Of a stretch of 64,000 nt of DNA, positions 18,428-27,301 are shown one piece after another. The translations under genes were made by a program, and so were the position numbers. The stretch is from Candidatus Bathyanammoxibius amoris. GTDB lineage: Bacteria; Planctomycetota; Brocadiia; Brocadiales; Bathyanammoxibiaceae. Position 1 is the first letter of the stretch; the number at the start of each line of letters is the position of its first letter. The notes beneath the pieces are model-generated. The model saw only the letters and a list, made by a program, of their open reading frames with translations, searched no databases and was not told where the DNA came from. The stretch spans positions 109,541 to 173,540 of the forward strand of contig JAMXCW010000002.1 in NCBI GenBank assembly GCA_024451685.1, written 5' to 3'.

Positions 18428-19675
18428 ATGAAGGCGAAGTGGATTATCGTCCTGGCAATCGCAATACCCATCGTGGCCGCCAGCAGTACGCTAAGCGTCC
18501 TTAAGTTCAGGAAGAGGCCCCCGGAATACCGTACTGCTATACTGGAGAGGGGCGATATCACAGAAACAGTCATGGCCAGCGGCACCATCCACCCCCTTCT
18601 CAGTGTGCAGGTGGGCAGCGAGGTCTCCGGCACCATAGAGACGCTCTACACCGATATAGATTCAGCGGTTACACAGGGTCAGCTAATCGCCAAAATACAG
18701 CCTGACCCTTTCATAAGCAGGGTAAAAGAGGCAAAAGCGAACCTGAAGATGGCTCAGGCAAAGGTCGCAAGCGCATCGGCGGAGGTGACCAGCGCGGAAG
18801 TTCAAGCAAAGGACACGAAAAGGACTTACAACCGCTTCGATGCCCTCGTAAAGGAGGGTATAGTAACTAAAGAAGACAGGGACGCAACCCTTGCCAAATA
18901 CGAGATGGCCCTGGCCGGGCTTGAGGCGACAAAGGCGCGTCATGACTTAGCTCTGGCCGAACTGGAACAGTCCAGGGCCGCGCTGGAATCCACCGAGCTC
19001 GACCTCAGTCATACAGACATATATTCGCCCGTGGACGGCACAGTACTCACCAGAGAGGTCGACGCCGGACAAACCGTCTCGGCAAGGATGCAAACGCCCC
19101 TTCTATTTACCATCGCACACGACTTGAAGGAAATGGAGGCCCACCTGGACGTAAACGAGGCGGACGTAGGCAGGATATCCCTGGGCCAGCCCGCCACGTT
19201 CTACGTAAATGCCTACCCCAACAAGACCTTTGACGCCGAGGTTGTGGGCATCAGAAGTTCACCAAAGGTGACGCAGAATGTCGTAACGTATGACGTCGTC
19301 ATCGACGTAGACAACAGCAACCTGAAGCTAAAACCCGGCATGACGGCAAACGCTACTATTATCGTGGCGGAGGTAAAGAATATCATAAAGATACCCAACG
19401 CCGCACTTCGTTTCAGCCCTCCGCTGACTGAGAACAACGATAAGAAAGGCGCCGGGAATGCGCCGCGAAAAAACACCGGCTATAAGCCCCGGGAACGCGT
19501 CGTTTACGTGTTGGCCGCGAAGGGGAAGTTGAGGCCCGTACCGGTAGAGATCGGTATTTCGGACAACAGTTTCACGGCGCTCGCCAATGGAGACCTGAAG
19601 GTTGGAGAGCTTGTGGCCGTTGGCATGGAGTCAGGGCCCAAGTCCTTCAGGAGGCCCAGGAGGAGGTTGTTATAG
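18428..19675 (+). CDS. Efflux periplasmic adaptor (HlyD/MacA family)
   Basis: There is an N-terminal anchor, a coiled-coil hairpin region and beta-barrel motifs (IYSPVDGTV, NANATIIV). Confidence 0.85.
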   Translation: MKAKWIIVLAIAIPIVAASSTLSVLKFRKRPPEYRTAILERGDITETVMASGTIHPLLSVQVGSEVSGTIETLYTDIDSAVTQGQLIAKIQPDPFISRVKEAKANLKMAQAKVASASAEVTSAEVQAKDTKRTYNRFDALVKEGIVTKEDRDATLAKYEMALAGLEATKARHDLALAELEQSRAALESTELDLSHTDIYSPVDGTVLTREVDAGQTVSARMQTPLLFTIAHDLKEMEAHLDVNEADVGRISLGQPATFYVNAYPNKTFDAEVVGIRSSPKVTQNVVTYDVVIDVDNSNLKLKPGMTANATIIVAEVKNIIKIPNAALRFSPPLTENNDKKGAGNAPRKNTGYKPRERVVYVLAAKGKLRPVPVEIGISDNSFTALANGDLKVGELVAVGMESGPKSFRRPRRRLL

Positions 19676-20415
19676 TGCGAGACAGGGGCATAATAGTCGC
19701 AAAAGATTTGACGAAGGTGTACCGCATGGGCGAGGTCGAGGTGCACGCCCTTCGCGGGGTATCTTTACAGATCAACAAGGGCGAATTCCTGGCCGCCATG
19801 GGCCCATCAGGCGCGGGAAAGTCCACGTTCATGAACATACTGGGGTGTCTTGACAACCCAACCAGCGGCGTATATCTGCTTGAAGGGCGCGAGGTCTCCC
19901 GGCTGAACCGCGATGAACTGGCTGTTATTAGAAACGACAAGATAGGCTTTGTCTTTCAGAATTTCAACCTCCTGCCAAGGGTCACCGCCCTCGGTAACGT
20001 AGAACTGCCTCTCTTATACAAAGGTGTCCCACACAGGATAAGAATGAATAAGGCCGAAGAGGTGCTACATTCTGTCGGCCTGAAGAACAGGGAACGCTAC
20101 CCGCCCGGCAAGCTCTCCGGCGGAGAACAGCAGCGTGTCGCAATCGCACGGGCCATTATAAACAACCCGTCGCTGATACTGGCGGATGAGCCCACGGGAA
20201 ACCTGGACAGTAAAAATGCCGCGGACATCATGAATATCTTCGTAGAGTTGAACAAACGGGGCATCACCATCATCCTCGTTACCCATGAGACGGATATAGC
20301 GGCGTACGCACACAGAAAAATCATATTTAAGGACGGCCTTATCGTCGAGGACACCTCGACAGCCCGCCGTAAGGCTACGAAGAGCAGCAGCAGTAGTAGT
20401 AGTAGTCGGGTCTGA
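19675..20415 (+). CDS. ABC transporter ATP-binding protein (MacB/LolD type)
   Basis: The motifs are Walker [10 protein letters not shown], signature [14 protein letters not shown] and Walker [16 protein letters not shown] start overlaps the upstream stop by 1 nt. The C-terminus ends in eight consecutive Ser codons. Confidence 0.92.
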   Translation: MRDRGIIVAKDLTKVYRMGEVEVHALRGVSLQINKGEFLAAMGPSGAGKSTFMNILGCLDNPTSGVYLLEGREVSRLNRDELAVIRNDKIGFVFQNFNLLPRVTALGNVELPLLYKGVPHRIRMNKAEEVLHSVGLKNRERYPPGKLSGGEQQRVAIARAIINNPSLILADEPTGNLDSKNAADIMNIFVELNKRGITIILVTHETDIAAYAHRKIIFKDGLIVEDTSTARRKATKSSSSSSSSRV

Positions 20416-20416
20416 T

Positions 20417-21655
20417 ATGAGACTTCTTCTGGAAATATTCCGCACCGCGCTGGGCGCAATAAGACAGAACAAGATGCGCTCCGGCCTTACCATGCTCGGT
20501 GTGACCATCGGGGTGGGCTCGGTCATCATCATGGTAAGCATCGGCATGGGCGCAAGGGTTCAGGTAAAGGAGCGTATAGAGGGGCTCGGCACAAACATGC
20601 TGTTCGTCTTCGCGGGGACTACTACCTCGGGCGGGGCCAGGTCCGGGGCAGGCAGCAGCTTCACCCTTACGGCCGATGACGCCCGCGCCATCGCCAGGGA
20701 GTGCCCCGACGTCGCGATGACCTCGTACAGCAAACGGGAGACAAACCAGGTCATCTACGGCAACCGGAACTGGAATACCGTCATCGCGGGGGTAACTCCC
20801 GAATACCCGTTAATCAGAAACTGGCCGATAGGAGAAGGTAACTTCTTTGACGACAGGGACATGGAGCGGGCGGCCACCGTCTGTGTACCTGGGTCCGAGG
20901 TGGCCGAAAACCTGTTTGCCTGGGGTGAAGACCCGCTGGGAAAGACGATAATCATAAAAAAGGTCCCGTTTAAGGTCATCGGGGTCATGAGCCCAAGGGG
21001 CGCTATCGCCGGCGGCCGCGGAAGAAACCAGGACGACCAGATATTCATACCGTATACCACGGCGGAGTGGAAGATAATAGGCTCCGTACTACCCGGCTAC
21101 GTTAGCATCATATACATCTCGGCAATAAGTTCAGAGGCCGTCGGAGACGCCGAAGAGCAGATTAAGGCCCTCCTCAGACAACGGCATAATATCCAGCCGG
21201 ACCAGCCCGACGACTTCATCATACTGAACCTTCGCAACATAGCCGCCACCAGGGAGCAGATGGGCAAGATACTGACCTACCTCCTGGGCAGCATCGCGTC
21301 CGTATCGCTCATAGTGGGCGGGATAGGCATCATGAACATAATGCTGGTCTCCGTGACCGAGAGGACGAGGGAGGTGGGAATCCGGATGGCCGTGGGCGCA
21401 AAACAGCGTGATATAATGTTGCAGTTCCTGATCGAGTCCGTGGTGCTGAGCTGTATGGGCGGTATCATCGGCCTCTGTATAGGCATCATAGGCACGGAGG
21501 TTGTGTCGCTGGTGGGTGACTGGCCCGTGCTTATCTCGCCGGTTGTAGTCCTGGTAGCGTTCAGCTTCGCGGTGCTTGTGGGTGTAGTCTTCGGGCTCTA
21601 CCCGGCAAACAAGGCATCAAAACTCAACCCCATAGACGCCCTCAGGTATGAATAG
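20417..21655 (+). CDS. ABC transporter permease (MacB/FtsX family)
   Basis: The 412-aa ORF has an N-terminal TM helix, a large periplasmic domain and a C-terminal FtsX-type 3-TM bundle ([27 protein letters not shown]). Confidence 0.9.
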   Translation: MRLLLEIFRTALGAIRQNKMRSGLTMLGVTIGVGSVIIMVSIGMGARVQVKERIEGLGTNMLFVFAGTTTSGGARSGAGSSFTLTADDARAIARECPDVAMTSYSKRETNQVIYGNRNWNTVIAGVTPEYPLIRNWPIGEGNFFDDRDMERAATVCVPGSEVAENLFAWGEDPLGKTIIIKKVPFKVIGVMSPRGAIAGGRGRNQDDQIFIPYTTAEWKIIGSVLPGYVSIIYISAISSEAVGDAEEQIKALLRQRHNIQPDQPDDFIILNLRNIAATREQMGKILTYLLGSIASVSLIVGGIGIMNIMLVSVTERTREVGIRMAVGAKQRDIMLQFLIESVVLSCMGGIIGLCIGIIGTEVVSLVGDWPVLISPVVVLVAFSFAVLVGVVFGLYPANKASKLNPIDALRYE

Positions 21656-21657
21656 GG

Positions 21658-22461
21658 TCAACCCCCTCCTGCGGGGCTCCTGCTCAGTTGATCCTCTTTT
21701 GCGGCCTCTTCGTACATGCCCAGACGTCTGTATGCCTGGGAGAGGTGGTAGTGGATGAGGGGGTCGCCCGGGTCTATCTCTACGGCCTTCTTGTACGCAT
21801 CCACGGCCTTCTCATATTGCTTCTGCTCAAAATAGACCCTGCCGATAAGCATCTGGGCCTCCGCCTTCCATGGGTCAATCTCAACGGCGCGGGCATATTC
21901 GCCTACCGCTTCGCCGTATCTGCCGGTGGCGAAATAAACACTCCCTAATACCATATGCCGTTCCGCGTTTCCCGCGTCCCGCCCTATGCCCTTCTTCATC
22001 TCCCCCACCGCGTCGTTAAACCTTCTCAGGGCGAAATACGCCTGGCCGAGTGACATGTAGGCCCTCGCCATGCCAGGGTCACGTTCTACGGCCCTTTTAA
22101 AGGGCTTAACGGACCTCTTGTATTCACCTGTATTAAAGTACGCCTCGCCCAGGGCAAGGTGGAACTCCGCCCGTTTCTTATCATACTTTACGGCCCTCTT
22201 GTACGCCTCAATCTCCTTTTCATGGTTGCCCGTTGCCGCGTATACCTGCCCAAGGAGGAAATAAAACTCGCTATTCTTGCCCTCCAGCTCCAGCGCCTTT
22301 TCTATTTCAGTGAGGGCCTTTTGCAACTGCCCTTCTTGATAATAGGTCCGTCCCAGATGGTAATGCCCGGCGGCGTCCTCTGCCTCATCTGCATCGACCG
22401 GGATGGCCGTTAAAAGGAAGACGAGAAGGATGGCAAGCAGGGCCTTTGAAAAATTCTGCAT
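21658..22461 (-). CDS. Secreted TPR-repeat protein
   Basis: The signal peptide MQNFSKALLAILLVFLLTAIPVDA is followed by about six or seven TPR units. I moved the start to ATG 22461 because the track extension to 22665 reads through repeat element 22475-22541. Confidence 0.75.
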   Translation of the reverse strand: MQNFSKALLAILLVFLLTAIPVDADEAEDAAGHYHLGRTYYQEGQLQKALTEIEKALELEGKNSEFYFLLGQVYAATGNHEKEIEAYKRAVKYDKKRAEFHLALGEAYFNTGEYKRSVKPFKRAVERDPGMARAYMSLGQAYFALRRFNDAVGEMKKGIGRDAGNAERHMVLGSVYFATGRYGEAVGEYARAVEIDPWKAEAQMLIGRVYFEQKQYEKAVDAYKKAVEIDPGDPLIHYHLSQAYRRLGMYEEAAKEDQLSRSPAGGG

Positions 22462-22474
22462 CCACCTAAGACGG

Positions 22475-22541
22475 GTCATTCTGAGTAGGGGCGTGGTAAC
22501 TCCCCCCCGCAAGATTCTTCGCTCAAAAAACTCAGAATGAC
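22475..22541. repeat. Hairpin-cassette repeat, family A short copy
   Basis: gtcattctgagt...cgcaagattcttcgctcaaaaaactcagaatgac has self-complementary termini (gtcattctgag/ctcagaatgac). It shares the agattcttc(g/a)ctcaaaaaactcagaatgac module with 14231-14263 and, inverted, with 10166-10198. Confidence 0.75.
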
Positions 22542-22603
22542 AGGAAGTGTTATGGGCACTTTCACAGAAGTCTCTAATAATTTCCTTGTTCATTTTGTGC
22601 CTG

Positions 22604-23284
22604 CTATCTCTTAGCCCGTTTAGTCGCAACCATGCCAAACGTCCGGGTAGGCATCCAGGGGGCAATTATAGTAAATCGTTCAGGGTAAGAGAAGGAGGAC
22701 TTTTTAAGGAACGCCGCCACCTCCTCGCCGTCACGAAGCTTTGCGGCCCTGGTCACAGAATACACGTAGCGGTTTGCCCACCCCATAGAGGAGGGTAAAA
22801 ACTCCCACAGCACTAACCTGCCACCCGGCACCAGTACCCGGTGTGCCTCTCGAAACGCGGACGTAAGAGTCTCATCGGAGAGATGCTTTATCACGAATGC
22901 AAACAGTACCACAGCAAACCGCTCGTCTCCAAAGGGCAGTGAAGAGGCCGGCCCGGCTGCAATGAAGACGGAACTACCCAGGCCCCGTACGCCTATATTG
23001 CGCCTGGCCCTCTCAAGCATGGTCAGGGAAGTGTCCACCCCGTAGTACTTACTCATAGGATACCTGAAGCGTACTTCCCGGGCCCTCATTAAGATACTGG
23101 CCGTTCCACATCCCACCTCAAGCACACGGTCGGAAGGTCTCAGGCGGGCCTTACTGATGAAGTTACGGGCATAAAAGTAGCCGCTCAAGTCGAAGACTAT
23201 CCTGGCCACAAAGGATAACAGCCCCAGCCTGCCACCCTCCAGGTCATCATAAAAGACCCGGGTAAATTTCTCGTCGTCATTCAT
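22604..23284 (-). CDS. Class I SAM-dependent methyltransferase
   Basis: VLEVGCGTASI is motif I, and the remainder has a typical Rossmann-like methyltransferase layout. Confidence 0.75.
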   Translation of the reverse strand: MNDDEKFTRVFYDDLEGGRLGLLSFVARIVFDLSGYFYARNFISKARLRPSDRVLEVGCGTASILMRAREVRFRYPMSKYYGVDTSLTMLERARRNIGVRGLGSSVFIAAGPASSLPFGDERFAVVLFAFVIKHLSDETLTSAFREAHRVLVPGGRLVLWEFLPSSMGWANRYVYSVTRAAKLRDGEEVAAFLKKSSFSYPERFTIIAPWMPTRTFGMVATKRAKR

Positions 23285-23287
23285 GGC

Positions 23288-24442
23288 TCACGCGGCCGAT
23301 GACCCGGCCTCTCGCCGCCGAGCCCTGCGTCTCATCGCCTTCTGGACCCTGTCCCTTGCAATCTCCAGCGCAACGTCTCTGGGCTTCAAACCCCTCTTCC
23401 TGGAGGCCTCAAGCACCTCTCTTACGTTCTTCCTGAGCTTCGTCTCGACCGTCTTGAACATCTGTTTAGGGTTATATCCACGGTACTCCGCATAGGAAGA
23501 TATTACCCCGCCGACATTTGCCACAAAATCAGGTATCACCAGAATGCCCCTTCTAAACAACACTTCCTCCACCTCAGACTTCATTGGTATGTTAGATGCC
23601 TCTACCACTATCTTTGCCCGTACCTTGCCAACGTTCTCAGCTGTTATGACGTCAGAAAGGGCGGCAGGTACCAAAACGTCTACCTTCAGGCCGAAGAGGT
23701 CTTTTCCCTTGAGTACCCGGCCGGGTTTGTAATTCACCACGCTGCCCGTAGACTTTTTTATACGCATGAGTTTCTTCGGGTCCAGACCTTTTTTATTATA
23801 TATAGTCCCTTTTCTATCGCTGGTAGCAACCACCTTAGCGCCGAGCTTACACAGGTGCTCGGCGGTAAAAGTACCCACGTTCCCAAAGCCCTCAATAGCC
23901 ACTGTAGCGCCTCTCAGGTCCATTCCAATATGGTCAGCAGCCTCCAGCGCGGCCTGGGCGACGCCGAAACCGGTAGAGCCGAATTCATGGGGTATGCCGC
24001 ACTGCTCACCCGGCGCCACACACATGTTGGCGGGCTTGCCAGTGCAGGAATTATGAGCGCCGTTTGCCTCCGCATACCAGCGCATCTCTTCCATTCCCGT
24101 TCCCACATCCGGCCCCGCGATGTAAAGCTTGGGACAAAGCGGCTTAAGCGCCCTGGCAAACGCCTCTATAAGCGCCTTCTTTTCCCTCTCCGCCAAATCC
24201 TTAGGTTCCGCCACAATACCCGATTTGGCCCCGCCGAATGGTATATCCGCAAGGGCACATTTCCAGGTCATGGTCCTTGCCAGCCGGAAGACCTCATCTG
24301 CGGTAACCATGGACGTCATCCTTATACCGCCCTTCCCGGGGCCAAAGGCGGTGTTGTCTATGACCAGAAACCCATGCAGCCCGCTCTCCGGCTCGTATAC
24401 CTCCAGGACCTTCTCCGGCCCGAACTCGCCAAACTTTATCAT
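23288..24442 (-). CDS. Glu/Leu/Phe/Val-family amino acid dehydrogenase
   Basis: The motifs are GPGKGGIRM (catalytic Lys region), GGAKSGI and the NAD-binding GFGNVG. An unusual Arg-rich C-terminal tail is present (RRRARRREAGSSAA). Confidence 0.88.
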   Translation of the reverse strand: MIKFGEFGPEKVLEVYEPESGLHGFLVIDNTAFGPGKGGIRMTSMVTADEVFRLARTMTWKCALADIPFGGAKSGIVAEPKDLAEREKKALIEAFARALKPLCPKLYIAGPDVGTGMEEMRWYAEANGAHNSCTGKPANMCVAPGEQCGIPHEFGSTGFGVAQAALEAADHIGMDLRGATVAIEGFGNVGTFTAEHLCKLGAKVVATSDRKGTIYNKKGLDPKKLMRIKKSTGSVVNYKPGRVLKGKDLFGLKVDVLVPAALSDVITAENVGKVRAKIVVEASNIPMKSEVEEVLFRRGILVIPDFVANVGGVISSYAEYRGYNPKQMFKTVETKLRKNVREVLEASRKRGLKPRDVALEIARDRVQKAMRRRARRREAGSSAA

Positions 24443-24522
24443 ATAGTACTCTTCCTACATTCTGAGTCTTGATTCACATGGCGACCTGCGTAATTACGGC
24501 GCAAGTACAGAGACTTTTTTAT

Positions 24523-24551
24523 TTGACTGTAATTTTTACGGCCAGTATACT
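24523..24551 (+). promoter_or_regulatory. Putative sigma70-type promoter
   Basis: TTGACT (24523-24528), a 17-nt spacer, then TATACT (24546-24551), about 75 nt upstream of the ATG at 24628. A GAGGAGG RBS sits at 24611-24617. Confidence 0.4.
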
Positions 24552-24627
24552 TTACTCACCGAGGCAGTTCAAGGCCACGTTTCATGGTCTTGTAAGTCTT
24601 GTAATAGTTTAGAGGAGGGTATAACAG

Positions 24628-25032
24628 ATGCACTCGCAGGAGCATGCACACAAGGATGACAACAGCCATAAGGACCAGCCATCGACGTCTTCCCACAGTG
24701 AGAGCTGTCCGGTGGGCAGCCTGGTCTCAACAAAGTCTGTGTTCATATTGCTTATCGTGTTATGTCTGGCCTTCGGCATCACCATGATGCGGAAATACAG
24801 TAAACTTGAGGCAAAGATAGTGGCCATGGGGCTTGAGATTAATAACGACGGTACAGTACAGGTAGCGCAAAACGCCGACCCAAAGGCCGAAGAACACGCC
24901 AGGGCCCTGAGTCAGCTCGGTCACAGGCTGGGCGCACTAAAACTCAGTATGGATGAGATTGAGACCCTGTTAAAAGAGCTGGGTGTGAAGGTAGAATCGA
25001 AGAAGGCCTCGGGACCGCACGGGACACACTAA
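24628..25032 (+). CDS. Hypothetical single-pass membrane protein
   Basis: The 134-aa ORF has a His/Ser-rich N-terminus, one TM helix and a helical C-terminus. It has a good RBS. I recognise no family. Confidence 0.45.
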   Translation: MHSQEHAHKDDNSHKDQPSTSSHSESCPVGSLVSTKSVFILLIVLCLAFGITMMRKYSKLEAKIVAMGLEINNDGTVQVAQNADPKAEEHARALSQLGHRLGALKLSMDEIETLLKELGVKVESKKASGPHGTH

Positions 25033-25085
25033 CACCTGTATAGAAAAACAGACTTCGCGGCACACGCCCGGTGTACCCGGCCATA

Positions 25086-26099
25086 TTATTCCAGCAAACC
25101 CTGACTGGCCTCGTAAGAATACATATAGCCCATAAAGCCTTCCAGGCGCGGGTCCTTGGTCCTCCCCGCAACGTCCATCGTTTCCTCCAAATATTTCCCG
25201 GCATTATGGTAGTCCTCATCATTCACATACACCAGGGCCGTTAAGAAAATGCTGCTGGTATAATCGGCGGGAAAGAACTTCTCACTAAAAACGGTCCGGG
25301 CGTCGGAGAATGCGCCAAGCGCCTTCTCCATCATCAACCTGTCTTCACCGGCGCCAAACAAATCCATGTACACGCTCCCCAAACCCATCTGGGCCCTGCC
25401 ATACTGTACGGGGAATTTATCGTGGCTGGCCACTGAAAGCGTTTGTTTGAAGTAAGTTTCAGCCACACTCAAAAGGTCGCCTTTCCGCTCACCGATACTG
25501 TAAAGACGCAAACAAGCAGAACCAAGGCTGTTGCTCACGATGGCGTAGGCCCGGGGATTTTGCTCTTTCGTAAAATAGGTGGCGGCGTCTTCAAGCACCT
25601 TCACAGCCTCATCCAGGTTCTTGGTATGCTCATCTCCCGGCAACTCCTGAAGGGCCAGCCCCAAACCTACCTTCGCCTCATAAAATTCCTTTTTAAAACC
25701 ACTCTCTCCGCTAAGCTTAATCGCACTGCCAAAGTCCTCAGTCGCCAAACGAACGTGTTTCTCCCTTTGCACCGTCCTTAGCGTGAGATAAGAAAAACCG
25801 AGACGAATCCGCAATGTGACATAATCCCGTGGAGACTTTTCCTTGGTGTGGCGCGCAAGCAATTCCTCATAAGCCTCGATATCCTTTAAAAGCTCGTCCG
25901 TACTCTTATACGCATAAAGGGGCTCAAACGGTTTTTGCCCAAGTTCTTCTATATTTACTTCTACTCTCTCCCCACCCTTTTCCTCCAAGACCGCCTGAGA
26001 CTGGGCATAACACACGCCGCCGGACGTGCCGCAGTCTAAAATCGCCATACAAAAGGCACTCGCCAGTAAAATATGCACGAACAGCCGCAGGTTTCTCAT
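25086..26099 (-). CDS. Hypothetical secreted TPR-like repeat protein
   Basis: A signal-like N-terminus (MRNLRLFVHILLASAFCMAILDCG) is followed by helical repeats. The start is moved to ATG 26099. Confidence 0.55.
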   Translation of the reverse strand: MRNLRLFVHILLASAFCMAILDCGTSGGVCYAQSQAVLEEKGGERVEVNIEELGQKPFEPLYAYKSTDELLKDIEAYEELLARHTKEKSPRDYVTLRIRLGFSYLTLRTVQREKHVRLATEDFGSAIKLSGESGFKKEFYEAKVGLGLALQELPGDEHTKNLDEAVKVLEDAATYFTKEQNPRAYAIVSNSLGSACLRLYSIGERKGDLLSVAETYFKQTLSVASHDKFPVQYGRAQMGLGSVYMDLFGAGEDRLMMEKALGAFSDARTVFSEKFFPADYTSSIFLTALVYVNDEDYHNAGKYLEETMDVAGRTKDPRLEGFMGYMYSYEASQGLLE

Positions 26100-26241
26100 G
26101 GTAGTGTCATCCCCAAATGTTTCCGTCCGCTCCAATTATGTCAATTGTTAAGATTCGAAAAGGGTTTATAATCTATGGGGAACAATTTAGCAAGGTTATT
26201 TGACTGAACACTTTACTTATACCATTAATTACTCTCAAATA

Positions 26242-27168
26242 ATGAACATCGTCTCCGTAAGCAGGCGAACGGACATACCCGCATTCTACCCCGGCTGGTT
26301 TATGCGCCGCATAATGGAGGGGCATGTCCGGTACGTTAACCCCTTCGGCGGGCAGGAACACGAGGTATCCCTGCGGCCCGAAGACGTACATGCATTCGTA
26401 TTCTGGTCGAAGAATTATGGCCCGTTAATGAGATACCTGCCTGAGCTTGAGGGAAGAGGATACGACTTCTACTTCCACTTCACAATAACCGGTCTCCCCG
26501 GAACGTTTGAGAACCTCGTCATACCCCTGGACGACGCGGTCACAACCTTTCGTCTGCTGTCAGGGCGCTACGGACCCAGGCGCGTTCAGTGGAGGTTTGA
26601 CCCGATTATAATCTCCAACCTTACGGGGCCGGATTTTTACGTAACACGTTTTAAAGAAATCGCGTCCCGTCTCCAGGGGGCCACAGAGCGCTGCTACTTC
26701 AGCTTCGTGTGCGTGTACTCAAAGGTTCGCAGGAACCTGGACGTGCTCGTGAATAACTACAACATCACCTGCCGCGATCCGTCCGCCACGGACAAAACGG
26801 ACCTGACCGGGAGACTGAAGGAAATAGCCGACAGCTACGGCATAACACTCTACTCATGCTGTCAAGAGGCGCTGGCGACGGGGGGCGTAAGACAGGCGCA
26901 GTGCGTCGACGGCGAACTGCTCTTTGAACTTTTTTCCCACAAGCCCAGGCAGACAAAGATAAACCCGACACGCAAGGGCTGTCGTTGTGTCATAAGCAGA
27001 GACATCGGGGCCTACGACACCTGCCCGCACGGCTGCGTATACTGCTACGCCAACATGAACAAGGAGCTGGCACAAAAAAGGTTCCAGATGCACGACCCGT
27101 CAAGCGACATCCTGACACCTGCCCAAACCCCTCCAAACAAACCGGCGGACGTTCAGCCCCGGGCATGA
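26242..27168 (+). CDS. DUF1848-family protein (uncharacterised, C-terminal Cys cluster)
   Basis: The N-terminus MNIVSVSRRTDIPAFYPGWFMRRI and the C-terminal CPHGCVYCYAN match my memory of the DUF1848 family signature. The start is moved to ATG 26242. Confidence 0.7.
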   Translation: MNIVSVSRRTDIPAFYPGWFMRRIMEGHVRYVNPFGGQEHEVSLRPEDVHAFVFWSKNYGPLMRYLPELEGRGYDFYFHFTITGLPGTFENLVIPLDDAVTTFRLLSGRYGPRRVQWRFDPIIISNLTGPDFYVTRFKEIASRLQGATERCYFSFVCVYSKVRRNLDVLVNNYNITCRDPSATDKTDLTGRLKEIADSYGITLYSCCQEALATGGVRQAQCVDGELLFELFSHKPRQTKINPTRKGCRCVISRDIGAYDTCPHGCVYCYANMNKELAQKRFQMHDPSSDILTPAQTPPNKPADVQPRA

Positions 27169-27301
27169 CCGTGCCACTACTTACCTTCACAGGTAAGTCA
27201 CGGCTTCATAAAAAAAGGGGAGGACAAATGTCCTCCCCTTTAGATCAATTCCGCGCAAGCAATGCCCTGGGACATTGCCCTATGTATTACCCCTTACGGC
27301 C

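Noticed and set aside
21658-22665. N-terminal extensions of track ORFs. Examples are the TPR protein to 22665, the DUF3365 paralog to 51284, tatA to 11665, the response regulator to 40219, the FAD oxidoreductase to 49686 and mcsB to 30978.
   Set aside because: The extensions lack RBSs and overlap repeats or upstream genes. They precede internal ATGs that have strong SD sequences and give proper signal peptides or family-typical N-termini. The shorter starts were used.
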